This document shows positions 1 to 10,900 of a stretch of DNA of 64,000 nt, one piece after another. A model generated the notes under the pieces. The model had not been told where the DNA came from and did no database searches. It worked only from the letters and a program-made list of their open reading frames with translations. Every line of letters starts with the position of its first letter. The first letter of the stretch is position 1. Source of the DNA: Podarcis cretensis (taxonomy: Eukaryota); the NCBI GenBank assembly GCA_951804945.1, contig OX638161.1, positions 48,422,001-48,486,000 of the forward strand, given 5' to 3'. A program made the translations under genes and the position numbers.

Positions 1-270
1 TGATGTGATTTCATGAGGGGAGATAATAAATAATGGTGTTGCATTTGGGAGGGTGGTGGACATTCCAGGGGTGGAAGAAGGGTCCACTGGGGTTTGACTA
101 TAAAGATGGAACTTATATCTTCCATTTTCTTTTATTTACTTAAAATTCCACTTCTCCAGGTTGCCATAGCAGAGCTCCCTCCCATCACATTTTTTTAACA
201 AGCTACATTTGAAATTATAATTGTATCACACCAGCATCATCTCTATAGTTGCGTGGGGAAGGGAGGCAGA

Positions 271-277
271 AATAATG

Positions 278-315
<38 letters not shown>
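271..315. repeat. (AAT)n microsatellite
   Basis: Tandem AAT run seen directly. Confidence 0.9.
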
Positions 316-316
<1 letters not shown>

Positions 317-713
317 CCAGTCCCTTGAACTTTCCACAACAACCAGCAGTTTTAAAGTATAAAGGTAGAATGCATCCCCAGTTCAATAATATCTTCCAAA
401 CCTTGCTCCAACACCAACGTCTTTGATTGAATTTTGCATTCCATCTATGCCCCCCCATTAGAACTCCACCCTGTGTGCATTTGCATGTGTGTGTTTGTGT
501 GTGCAGGGGACAAAGAGGAAACCAGCAGCAAATCCTGATTCCCCAAACGGCTTTTATCTGCCTCATGTGCCTCACTGGGGAGGTCTCATGTAAATACCAC
601 CAGGAGGTTGGGAGTAGTTTCGGATGAAAAGCCCTGAATATAAAATCTTCACTTGCTTCCCAGCCCAGAGTCTCCTCTTTCCTGTATCTCTAGCACATTC
701 ATTCATCAACATT

Positions 714-1161
714 ATGGAGCTCTTGTTGCTCTTGTTTTCTTTGGTGGTGTTTTCTAAAGGTAAGGGAAGTTCTGCAGTATTAATATACTTCATGTGGCAA
801 TTTGATGGCGAACAACCATTCATTGCCCTCTTTTCTCTTTCCAAGGGGTCTCCTCAGACATTCAACTTGTATCATCTGGGCCACAAATAGCGAGGCCAGG
901 AGAGAATCTCAACCTGCTTTGTAAAGTCACAGGTTTCTCCATCTCTACCCGATACTATACATGGCATTGGATTCGTCAAGCTCCTGGGAAAGGTCTGGAG
1001 TGGATTGCACAGATATACCCCTATGATGGAGGGAAAGAATATGCCCCTTCTCTGAAGAGCAGAGCAAGCATTTCTTCAGATGACTCAAAGAACGAGTTCT
1101 CCCTCCAGCTGAACTCCCTGACAGCTGCAGACTCCGCTGTGTATTTCTGTGCCCGAGATGA
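714..1161 (+). CDS. IGHV: IGHV segment VH1 (clan II-like; DIQLVSSGP...CAR), apparently intact
   Basis: Leader exon 714-759 ([15 protein letters not shown]), GT-AG intron, open V exon 846-1161 with conserved Cys, [12 protein letters not shown] and YFCAR. RSS: CACAGTA 1162-1168, 23-nt spacer, TCAAAAAGT 1192-1200. Octamer variant ATGTAAAT 588-595. Confidence 0.92.
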
Positions 1162-1634
1162 CACAGTAAGACAAAGCCTACTGGGCCCCTTTCAAAAAGT
1201 AGAAGTCCTGCTTCTATAAACAAATACACTGTGAAAGTTTTGACAGAGCAATTCTACATTCCACAGATGATGCGGAACAACATCCAGACTGCCTGCCTCT
1301 TCAATCTGTAACTTAATGCAGAAATGATTATACTGATGGACACCTGCAGAAGTGACACACAATGGAAGTAGACCAATGTGGATCAGTACAGCACTGTACA
1401 AAGTGATGCTGCTGCAGCACTTTTTCAGTATCATCAAAAATCAATATCCAGTTTTGTAAATAGATAATTATTTGTGTTTTGTCTGCTCTTACCTCTGAGT
1501 TGTGCTTAAGGCTGCTTGCAACAGACCTCAAGTAGAAATGTGGACTTTTAACAAAATTGTGAATTTGCCATTGTGCCTTTCTTCACCATCCCATAGTCCC
1601 TTGGAATGGCATGAAACCTCCTCTGCAGCACATA

Positions 1635-1865
1635 GAGCCTGGGAAACCCGGCTTGAAATCCGTACTTGTCCATGAAGCTCACTAGATGACCTTGGGTCAG
1701 TCACGGCCTCTCAGCCTAAGCTACCTTACTGGAGTGTTGTGAAGAATATATGAGAGGGGAATATTGGAGTGTTGTGAGGATATGAGGAGGGAGATATAAT
1801 GTATAGCACCTTGAATTCTTTGAGGGAAAAGCTGGGATAAAATACAATGAATAAATAAAATAAAT
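1635..1865 (+). mobile_element. Degenerate tRNA-derived SINE (Squam3/MIR-like)
   Basis: B-box-like head, gaccttgggtcagtcac...ctctcagcct core, (TAAA)n tail. Family assignment is from memory. Confidence 0.55.
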
Positions 1866-2957
1866 TCCATGTGTTTATGTGCATGCATGAATGCATACCA
1901 CAGTCAAGTTGGTGGAGCTGATCAGATTAGTCATGTCCACACACTTACCTCTCCATTGTGGTGAGGAGAAGAATCACATTTGGAAAACATACGGTTTGAC
2001 AGGTATGTTCAGCAATGGTGTGTTCTTTGGTATGTTAACAGGCAACCCCAGAGTCTGTCAAGACTGGCCCGTATGGGCAGGGGTACCTTTACCTTTACCT
2101 TTAATACTTGAAATGTGTTTTTGGTGCAACTACATGTTCGGTGCTGCTTTGCTCTTCCCAATGTCACTAAAAGCTACTCCCAGAAATCTATGCCAAATGT
2201 TATTTTGAAAATTAATCTTCCAGGCAGAAACCAAGAGACATATTCCACCTCTTCCTGCTGCCCACAAGGGGGCAGCCATGGTGTGAAGAACAGAAAAATC
2301 TATCTGTAATGACTGGAATGGCAATAGGTTTCCCCACCTCTGTCCAAAGGCAAATGCTGGTGAGGAGGACTTCTTTTTAATTCACCTAGACAACCTCCAC
2401 ACTCCTGCTACATCCTGGGCCACAACCCTTGTGTGCTTATGACTTCTTGTCAGTCAACCCCGCACCAAGCAAAAGGGAGAGGGGTGGGTGGAATTGGCTC
2501 AACTTTGTCTCTTTCCATTGACTATGAAATAATAAATAAAGAAATAATAAATAAATGCCAGACCCTTGAACTTTCCACCACAACCAACAGTTTTAAAGTA
2601 TAAAAGAAGAATCCATCCCCAATACATTAAGCTATTCCGAACCTTTCTCCAACACCAACATCTTTGATTGAATTTTGCATTCCATCTATACCCCCTCCAT
2701 TAGAACTCCACTCTGTGTGCATTTGTCTTTGTGTGTTTGTGTTTGTGCAGGGGACAAAGAGGAAGCCAGGAGCAAACCTTGATCCCCCAAACTGCTTTTA
2801 TCTGCCTCATGTGCCTCACGGGGGAGGTCTCATGTAAATGCCACCAGGAAGTTGGGAGTAGTTTCGGATGAAAAGCTCTGAATATAAAATCTTCACTTGC
2901 TTCCCAGCCCAGAGTCCCCTCTTTCCTGTATCTCTAGCACATTCATTCATCAACATT

Positions 2958-3354
2958 ATGGAGCTCTTGTTGCTCTTCTTTTCTTTGGTGGTGTTTTCTA
3001 AAGGTAAGGGAAGTTCTGCAATGTTTATTTGGTTCATGTGACAGTTAGATGACGAACAACCATTCATTGCCATCTTTTCTCTTTCCAAGAGGTCTCCTCA
3101 GACATTCAGCTTGTATCATCTGGACCAGGAATAGTGAGACCGGGAGAGAATCTCAACCTGCTTTGTAAAGTCACAGGTTTCTCTATGTCTACTCAGTACT
3201 ATGAGTGGAGTTGGATCCGTCAAGCTCCTGGCGGAAAATCACATGCCCCTTCTCTAAAGAGTCGAGCAAGCATTTCTTCAGATGCCTCAAAGAATGAGTT
3301 CTCCCTCCAGCTGAACTCCCTGACAGCTGCAGTGTATTTCTGTGTCCGAGATGA
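2958..3354 (+). pseudogene. IGHV: IGHV VH2, paralog of VH1 with in-frame FR2-CDR2 deletion and broken RSS heptamer
   Basis: Leader 2958-3003, V exon 3090-3354. Lacks 14 codons (KGLEW...YDG) and 3 FR3 codons relative to VH1. Heptamer reads AACAGTG (3355-3361). Confidence 0.88.
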
Positions 3355-3514
3355 AACAGTGAGACAAAGCCTAATGGGCCCTGTTCAAAAAGTAGAAGTC
3401 CTGCTTCTATAAACAAATGCACTGTGAAATGTTTGTCAGAGCAATTCTACATTCCACAGATAATGTTGAAAAACATCCAAACTGCCTGCCTCTTCAATCT
3501 ATAACCAGGGTAAT

Positions 3515-3710
3515 GCACGAAAATGCCATTTACCTTCCTGCCGGAGCGCTATCTACTTGCACTTTTTGGCATGCTTTCGAACTGCTGGGTTGGCAGGAGC
3601 TGGGACTGAGAAATGGGAGCTCACCCCGTAGCAGGGATTCAAACCACTGACCTTTCTATCGCCAAGCCCAAGGCTCAGTGGTTTAGGCCAAAGTATCACC
3701 CGCATCCCTA
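3515..3710 (-). mobile_element. Sauria SINE fragment
   Basis: Matches the internal and head part of the copy at 29080-29430. Confidence 0.75.
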
Positions 3711-4220
3711 AAACTATTATTTTTTAACTGTTTCACAACATTCACCAGTGCAAACTAGATATATTCTCTGGTTTGGGCAAGATATTAAAGAACAACAATA
3801 GAGATTGGATTGATCTACATTTAATGTTTCCCCTTGATCAACTTCTTTGACCAATTTCAAAGTAATTTTGAATGAAATGTACCTTTAGGCACATACTTCA
3901 AACCCATTCCACCCCCCATTACTTTTATATCTGATGGTTTCCATCTTTGAAATCATGGAGCCTGTGTGCATGAGGGGGAAACACAAGTCCATCAAGGTTA
4001 AGAACTGTGCAAATTGTACAATGGCAAAGAAGCAGATTTTTGCAAGGTCACCATATGCTTCCAGTCGGACGTTGCCAAATGTCTCTGTTGGTGCTTTTAT
4101 CCTCATGTTTATGTAAATTTCAGAGAGAGCTTCCTCTTTAAAGCAGCCAAACACTCTCCCTATCCCTGCATACCAAGGACCACATTTTCGTCAAATCTCT
4201 CAAAGCACCAGGAAGGAAAA

Positions 4221-4661
4221 ATGATAGCTTTGCTTCAGCTTATTTTCTTTTCAGCAGCTTTAGGAGGTAAATTTTTCATACCAGTTATCGAAGGTTGGTA
4301 CATTCTGGGTGTTGTTAACATGCAGCAGACTTCTTAAAATGCTTTTCTTTCTAGGTGTCCAATCTGAGCTCCAGCTGGTGGAGTCTGGAGGAGACGTGAA
4401 AAGGCCTGGGGAATCCCTCCGCCTCTCCTGTAGAGCCTCTGGATTCAACTTTGGGGGCTATGGCATGCACTGGGTGAGACAGGCTCCTGGGAAGGGCCTG
4501 GAATGGGTGTCCTACATAAACTTCAATTCAGGTACAATTTCCTACTTGGATAAAGTGAAGGGAAGATTCACCACCTCCAGAGACAATTCCAACAGCCTCC
4601 TCTATCTGCAAATGAACAGCCTTAAACCTGAAGACACGGCAGTTTATTTCTGTGCAAGAGG
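4221..4661 (+). CDS. IGHV: IGHV segment VH3 (clan III-like; ELQLVESGG...YFCAR), intact
   Basis: Leader 4221-4266, open V exon 4355-4661. RSS: CACAGTG 4662-4668, 23 nt, ACAGAAACT 4692-4700. Octamer variant ATGTAAAT 4111-4118. Confidence 0.95.
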
Positions 4662-5858
4662 CACAGTGTGAGGAAGTGAATCTGAAGCCAGACAGAAACT
4701 CTCCTTTAATCAAGACAAAGGAGTTGAATTCCCTCCAACATTCCACATCAAAACAGGGACATTATATCAGCTGCAAGAGAACAACGAAACCTGTTAAGAT
4801 AATTTTCACCGATCGTCTGCCACCTCATTTCCCCTGGTCCCTATTCACACAGAGACAGCCAGTCTGTACACCTGGGGCTCTCGCTGGGCAAATTATAATA
4901 ATTTATTAGTGTTGTTATTATGAATTTGTCAGTTCCTTTATCTGGCCCAGGGCAATCCAATGAGACTTACAACCAAAGAGACAAAATACCCCTTTAATCT
5001 TTAATTTTTTTCCAGTCTCCTTCCGCCTATCACCAAATGGTAAAACTAGGTTTAATGGCATTGCATTATTGTGACAAAGATATGAACATTGCTGATTTGT
5101 TTTTAAAACACTTTGAGTATTGATAAACATGGGAAATGCTGTAAAGCAATTGGGAATGAATGAAAATGAAAAAATCAGAATGATCAAACGGTCTAAAGGA
5201 GAATTTAGCTTCACTGGAAGGAAAACCCATTAATCCTCTACCAAATGTCATTTGGCACATTAATCATCTAGTCAGAAAAGCAGACCTCTTCCGTCTCTTG
5301 TTTCTCACAAGGGCGCAGTCATGGTGCAAAGATGAGGAAAGGCCCCATCTGCCATGACAGAAATAAAATGCTGCTCAAAGTATGGTTGGTGATTTCATCT
5401 GTGAAGCAATTACTTTCTCAGATGTTTCCTGGTCAACCAACTTTCTATGAGCCCCCTGAGGCTTTGAGTTGCTGAGAAACTTTCAAGCAATTATCTCTGT
5501 GCTCTCAGCCCATTGGCAAAAGTTTGTGGGGAAGGAATCCATGCGCAATCTTCTTTTCTACAAATATGGATAGCCTATAGATTGAGGGCATGTGTAAACA
5601 AAATATTTGTAGTACAGCAGACCTTCCAATTGTCCTACTTTGAGCAGAACGTCCCAGATCTACAGAAGCCACCCTGGTTTCTGTTTAAATGTCCCACTTC
5701 TTCAGCCACCACCACAGTGAGGCCAAAGTCTCCTCCACAGCCACTGTGAAAAGTCATGACGGCTGATGTTCTTAACATTTTAACTATTTATTTATGTTTT
5801 TACATTGTATTTTAATTTGTGAACCATCCTGGAATTTAATGATGAAGATAAGCGATAT

Positions 5859-5861
<3 letters not shown>

Positions 5862-5891
<30 letters not shown>
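5862..5891. repeat. (ATC)n microsatellite
   Basis: Tandem ATC run seen directly. Confidence 0.85.
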
Positions 5892-6444
5892 TCTCTCCAA
5901 CTTCATTTCTTCACATTATTGCAGCCCGATTCTCCTTAAAGCATGTTCAGGAATTGCTCACTATCTTCCACAAAGTCAATCAATCAATCTTTATGACGGT
6001 CCAGAGACCCAACAAATCATTACAAATCAATCTTCCACAAAGTGCTTGGTATGCTCTGAGTGAAAGAGGGCTTGCCCACACTACTCTTATTCCTGTGTTT
6101 TCTTTTCTCCCATCATTTTCTCCGGGAAAAGCCATGGTTTAACACTGAATAGGAACAAAAATAAACCAAGTTTTCTGTGGATTGACATTTGTTCTGGTTC
6201 AGCAGAACCAGGGAAAAGCAACTGAACAAAAGAACATCCTGGACCCACAGGACAAAGGGAAGTGTTGATGAGCCCAGAGTTTCCATGTTGCTTGTGCATT
6301 CTAAGAGGGACACATGTCCACAGGTGTAAAGAGCTCTGCAAATGTCAAACAGTGTCGAAGAGACAGATTTTTGCAAAGTCCAGATGTGCCTCTAGTCATA
6401 CATTGTCCAAAGTCTCTGTTGGTGCATTTATCTTGATAGGTATG

Positions 6445-6854
6445 TGTCAGGGAACTGCCATCGGAAGGACAGGTGGTGAGAAGGCTTCAGCAGAATAGGA
6501 GAGCCTCTTCTTCAGGAGAAGAGGGAACCAGTAGGGGGAGTGCGGGAGCTCCAAAGGAAAGGGAGTCGGAGGGGAGGCTCTGGGATACTTCCAGTGAGAA
6601 CAGCGAGGAGGTATCAGAACAGCCCATAAGGACTCCCACCCCCCGCCGGAAGCTGTCACGCAGGGAATCCAGGAGGCGCATGTCTGTGAAACAGCTCTTA
6701 TGTTGGAAACGTTTCCGCAAACGCCCACTGTCAGATTCTACCAGCGACTGAGGGAGCCATGCTCAAGGGCTCTTCTCAAAGCAGGGTTTCACTACACAGA
6801 GTGAGCTCTGAGGGATCCAGCTTTAACGCACAAGCTGCTCATTATCCCACCACA
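6445..6854 (+). repeat. 5' LTR
   Basis: TGTCAGGG...CCACCACA; no differences from 11545-11954 seen by eye. Confidence 0.96.
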
Positions 6855-6899
6855 GCAATCTGACAGTCCCTGAAAGCAGCTTGTGCAAAGAGAGGCATC

Positions 6900-7913
6900 A
6901 TGAGCAACCCAGCCGGAGGCGGAGATGGGGGAGCAGCTGCAGCCGGTCCTAGCCTGGAAGAAAGGTACAGGATGTTGGAGGTACAGTTAGCTCTGCAAAC
7001 GGCGAGGCTGGAGGAGAGGAGGGCTCATGATGCAGAAAAGGGGAAAGCCGCCCAGCTCTCGAGGAAAGTGCCAGGACTGGTGCAGAAGTTTGGGGGTGAT
7101 CCCAGGAATTATCAAGCCTTCAGGACAGAGATGCAATATGCCCTCAATCTGCAGTTTGATGATTTTCCTGATGAGGATTCGAGGGTTGGTTTTGTGATTG
7201 GGCATCTCGAAGGCACAGCCCGAGATTGGGTGAGACCACTAATGGCAGCCAATAATGAAGCCCTAAGGGACACAAGGAAGTTTTTTCGCGCCATGGATCT
7301 GATGTTTTCCAGCGAGATTGAGCAGGGAGTGGCGCGCAGGCAGTTAATGGCGTGTAAACAAGGGAACCGATCTGTCCGTGAGTACTGGACTGAGTTCACC
7401 ATGTTGATCCATAAATTAGGATGGGATTTGTCAGCGGAACCGATACAAATGCTGTTCGAAGAAGGACTATCTTCGGCAGTGAAAGACGAACTTTCCCGGG
7501 GGCCCAGGGCGGAGTCTATGGACCTTCTGACTAAATCAGCGCTGGCCATAGGCTCACGCCAGGAGGCCAGAGCCTTGGAGAAGCGGGAAGGGAAAGGGGA
7601 GCGTTGGAGGGATTTCCGCATTCCAGAGATGCCAGAGCAGCCTTCTCTGCCAGCAGAGCCGATGGAAATCGGAACAGCGCGCGCGCGCGCAATTTCAAAC
7701 CCCAGTGAAGGGAGGAAGAAGGAGGGGAAAGGCGCCAAGAAATGTTTTCTCTGCCAACAGCCAGGTCATTTTGCCAGAGTTTGTCCGCAAAGAAAGGAAT
7801 GGCAAGGAATGGCGGGAGCTGTTGGGGAGGAGGGAGAAGGAGCTAAGGAGCAAGTAAAAGCCAACGCCTGGCTGCCACCGACGGGGCACAGCAGCCAGGC
7901 CAAGGAACAGTAA
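6900..7913 (+). CDS. gag: Gag polyprotein (retrotransposon capsid plus CCHC zinc knuckle)
   Basis: 337-aa ORF with KFGGDP, KQGNRSVREY capsid motif, EPMEIG and CFLCQQPGHFARVC knuckle. Confidence 0.93.
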   Translation: MSNPAGGGDGGAAAAGPSLEERYRMLEVQLALQTARLEERRAHDAEKGKAAQLSRKVPGLVQKFGGDPRNYQAFRTEMQYALNLQFDDFPDEDSRVGFVIGHLEGTARDWVRPLMAANNEALRDTRKFFRAMDLMFSSEIEQGVARRQLMACKQGNRSVREYWTEFTMLIHKLGWDLSAEPIQMLFEEGLSSAVKDELSRGPRAESMDLLTKSALAIGSRQEARALEKREGKGERWRDFRIPEMPEQPSLPAEPMEIGTARARAISNPSEGRKKEGKGAKKCFLCQQPGHFARVCPQRKEWQGMAGAVGEEGEGAKEQVKANAWLPPTGHSSQAKEQ

Positions 7914-10900
7914 ATGTGCCCACGCCAGAACCCCCAAGACCAGCTCTTGTAATAGAGGTATTGCTGGAGCTGGCAAACGGACACCCACTAAAAGTGAAGG
8001 CGCTATTAGACTCAGGCAGCTCCTGCAACTTTATGAGTAAGGAGTTTGCAGCCGCCCATCAGATACAAACCATTCCTTTAAAAAATCCCCTGCAGGTGAC
8101 CACGATTGATGGGAGGGCGCTGTTGGGGGGAGAAGTAGACCAGCAGACGGTCCCCATGACAATGAGGGTGGCAAGACACACGGAACGGATAGCGTTTAAT
8201 ATAGCCACGTTGGGAGGAGCGCCCATCATTTTGGGGATGAGCTGGCTAGCGCTGCATGATCCGCTTGTGGGATGGCATCAGAGAGTGGTTTCCTTTGGGT
8301 CAGCACATTGTATGGGACACTGCACAGAAAAAGGGGGCCAAGCAGGCACTCAGGCCACGTTAGCAAAGATAGAAGCAATGGAACAAGGTAGGGTACCACG
8401 ACAATATGCAGATTTTGCCGACGTCTTCAGCGAAAGGGAAGCAGATAAACTACCCCCGCACAGAGCCTTTGACTGCCAAATCAACTTACTTCCAGGAGCG
8501 CAATTGCCAGTGGGCAAGGTGTATGCAATGTCTGACAGAGAGATGCAGGAGCTAAGGGAGTTTATTGACAAAAACCTCAAGCGTGGGTTCATCAGGGAGT
8601 CACGAGCGGTGGGGGGTAGCCCAGTGTTCTTTGTAGACAAAAAAAACTCGGACAAACCGAGATTAATTGTGGATTTCAGGGCCCTAAACGCAGTGTCCGA
8701 ACCCGTGACCTTCCCTATGCCCAGAATCGATGACATTTTGACCCGGGTGAGAAAAGGGAAGATTTTTACCAAGCTGGACCTGAGGGGGGCGTATAACTTG
8801 ATACGTATGAGAAAGGGAGATGAGTGGAAAACCACTATGTTCACCCCCTTGGGGGCATTTGAGTACTGCGTTATGCCTTTCGGCCTCCAGGCGGGTTCCG
8901 CAGTATTTCAATCATTTATTAATCACGTACTAGGACCATTGCTGTACAAGAACTGCGCTGCGTTCTTGGACGATGTGCTGGTGTACTCAGAGGATGAAGA
9001 GCAGCATGTGCGAGATGTAAGAGAAGTACTGAGCAAACTGCAAGAAAACCAGCTGTGGGTGAAACTGGAGAAGTGTCAGTTTCACGCCAGGGAGGTGGAA
9101 TTCCTTGGGTACCGGTTGTCGGACAAGGGGCTGGCCATGGATCCTAGCAAGGTGCAAGCAGTGCTGGAATGGAGGCCACCGAAAACTAAGAAAGATGTGC
9201 AGAGGTTTTTGGGGTTCGGAAACTTCTATCGGAAGTTCATCAAGAACTTCGCCCATTTAACAGCCCCCATCACGGATTGTCTCAGCAGTAAGAAGAAATT
9301 TGTCTGGACGGAAGAAGCGCAGCGAGCTTTCGAAAGTTTAAAGAGGGCGTTTGCTTCGGAAGAACAACTTTTACACGTGGATCTGCAGCAGCCGATGAGG
9401 GTGGAAACCGACGCGTCTGACAGAGCGGTGGGGGCCGTGCTTCTGCAGCCAGGAGCGAATACGTCGGAATGGAAGCCGTGTGCCTTCTTCTCGAGGAAAT
9501 TGAACAAGTCTGAGAGGAATTATACAGTGTACGACAGAGAATTACTCGCTGTCCACGAAGCGTTCAAGAGATGGAGACACCTGTTGATTGGAGCGCAACA
9601 CAAGGTTCAAGTACGGACAGACCACAAAAATCTAGAATACTGGAGAACAGCCCGAGTGTTGAACCAGAGACAAGTAAGATGGGCGCAAGAGTTCTCCAAG
9701 TTCAATTTTGAGATTCGCTACGTGCCAGGGGCTGAGAATGTCAGGGCGGACGCTCTCTCCAGAAAACCTGAGTACTTGGAGGGGGAAGGAGGGGCGGAAG
9801 AAAGACATATCATCTCAGAGGACCACTGGGTTTGTGGGGCGGCATTGGTGGGGCAAAGAGAACTGGCAGAGGGTATTGAAAACGATGAATATGCCCAAGA
9901 GAAACTTAGGGAACTCAGGGAGACAGGTGAAAACGCAGGGGGGTTTGAGGAAAAGAACGGAAAACTATATTACAAAGGGGCGCTCTACATACCAGGTGGG
10001 GAACTAAGAGGGCGAGTGCTTAAGCAGTTGCATGACAGCCCCACGGCCGGGCACTTCGGGCAGCACAAAACCATGTGGTTGGTTACCAGGGAGTTTTGGT
10101 GGCCCAAGGTGCGGGAGGACGTGCGGGAGTATGTCAGGGGATGCGACAGGTGCCAAAGAGCAAAGGGAGAGAGGTTGGCGCCAGCGGGGTTATTGGAACC
10201 CTTACCCACCCCAGAAAGGCCATGGGAGATGGTATCCATAGACTTCATGACCGATCTACCGAGATCCAAAGGGAAAACCGCGGTCATGGTGGTGGTAGAT
10301 CTACTAACTAAGATGTGCCACTTTATAGCTTGTTCACATGCAGTGACAGCGGAAGAAACCGCAAGGTTGTTTGTGGAGCACATTTTTAGGTTGCATGGCG
10401 CCCCCTTGAGGGTTTTGAGCGACAGAGGAAAACAATTTACTTCTAGGTTCTGGAGGAAACTAATGAGCATGTTGCATGTGGAGGTAAGTTTTTCCACCGC
10501 CAGGCACCCAGAAACAAATGGGCAAGCAGAAAGGGCAAACGGGGTTTTGCAACAATATCTGAGGTGTTATGTAAAGGACAGAGAAACTGATTGGGTGGAC
10601 TGGTTACCTCTGGCAGAATTTGCCTACAACAACGCGGAGAACGCGTCCACAGGGATGAGTCCCTTTTTAGCCAATTATGGGTGTCATCCTCGGGCGTTTC
10701 CAGGAGAGGGCGGGGAAAGGTGGAGTGTACCTGCAGCGGAAAATTTTGTTGAAGAGATGGAAGCGATCCACCGTCAGCTCCAACTCAACTTAGAGAAAGC
10801 CAAAGAAGAATATAAGAAGCAAGCTGACAGAAATAGGAGGGAAGGCGAAACCATAAGGGTGGGTAACCGGGTGTGGCTATCCACCCAAGGACTGCCGTTC

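Noticed and set aside
6473-6751. 92-aa ORF in the 5' LTR
   Set aside because: A copy of the Pol C-terminal tail encoded in U3; it starts at GTG upstream of the predicted TSS.
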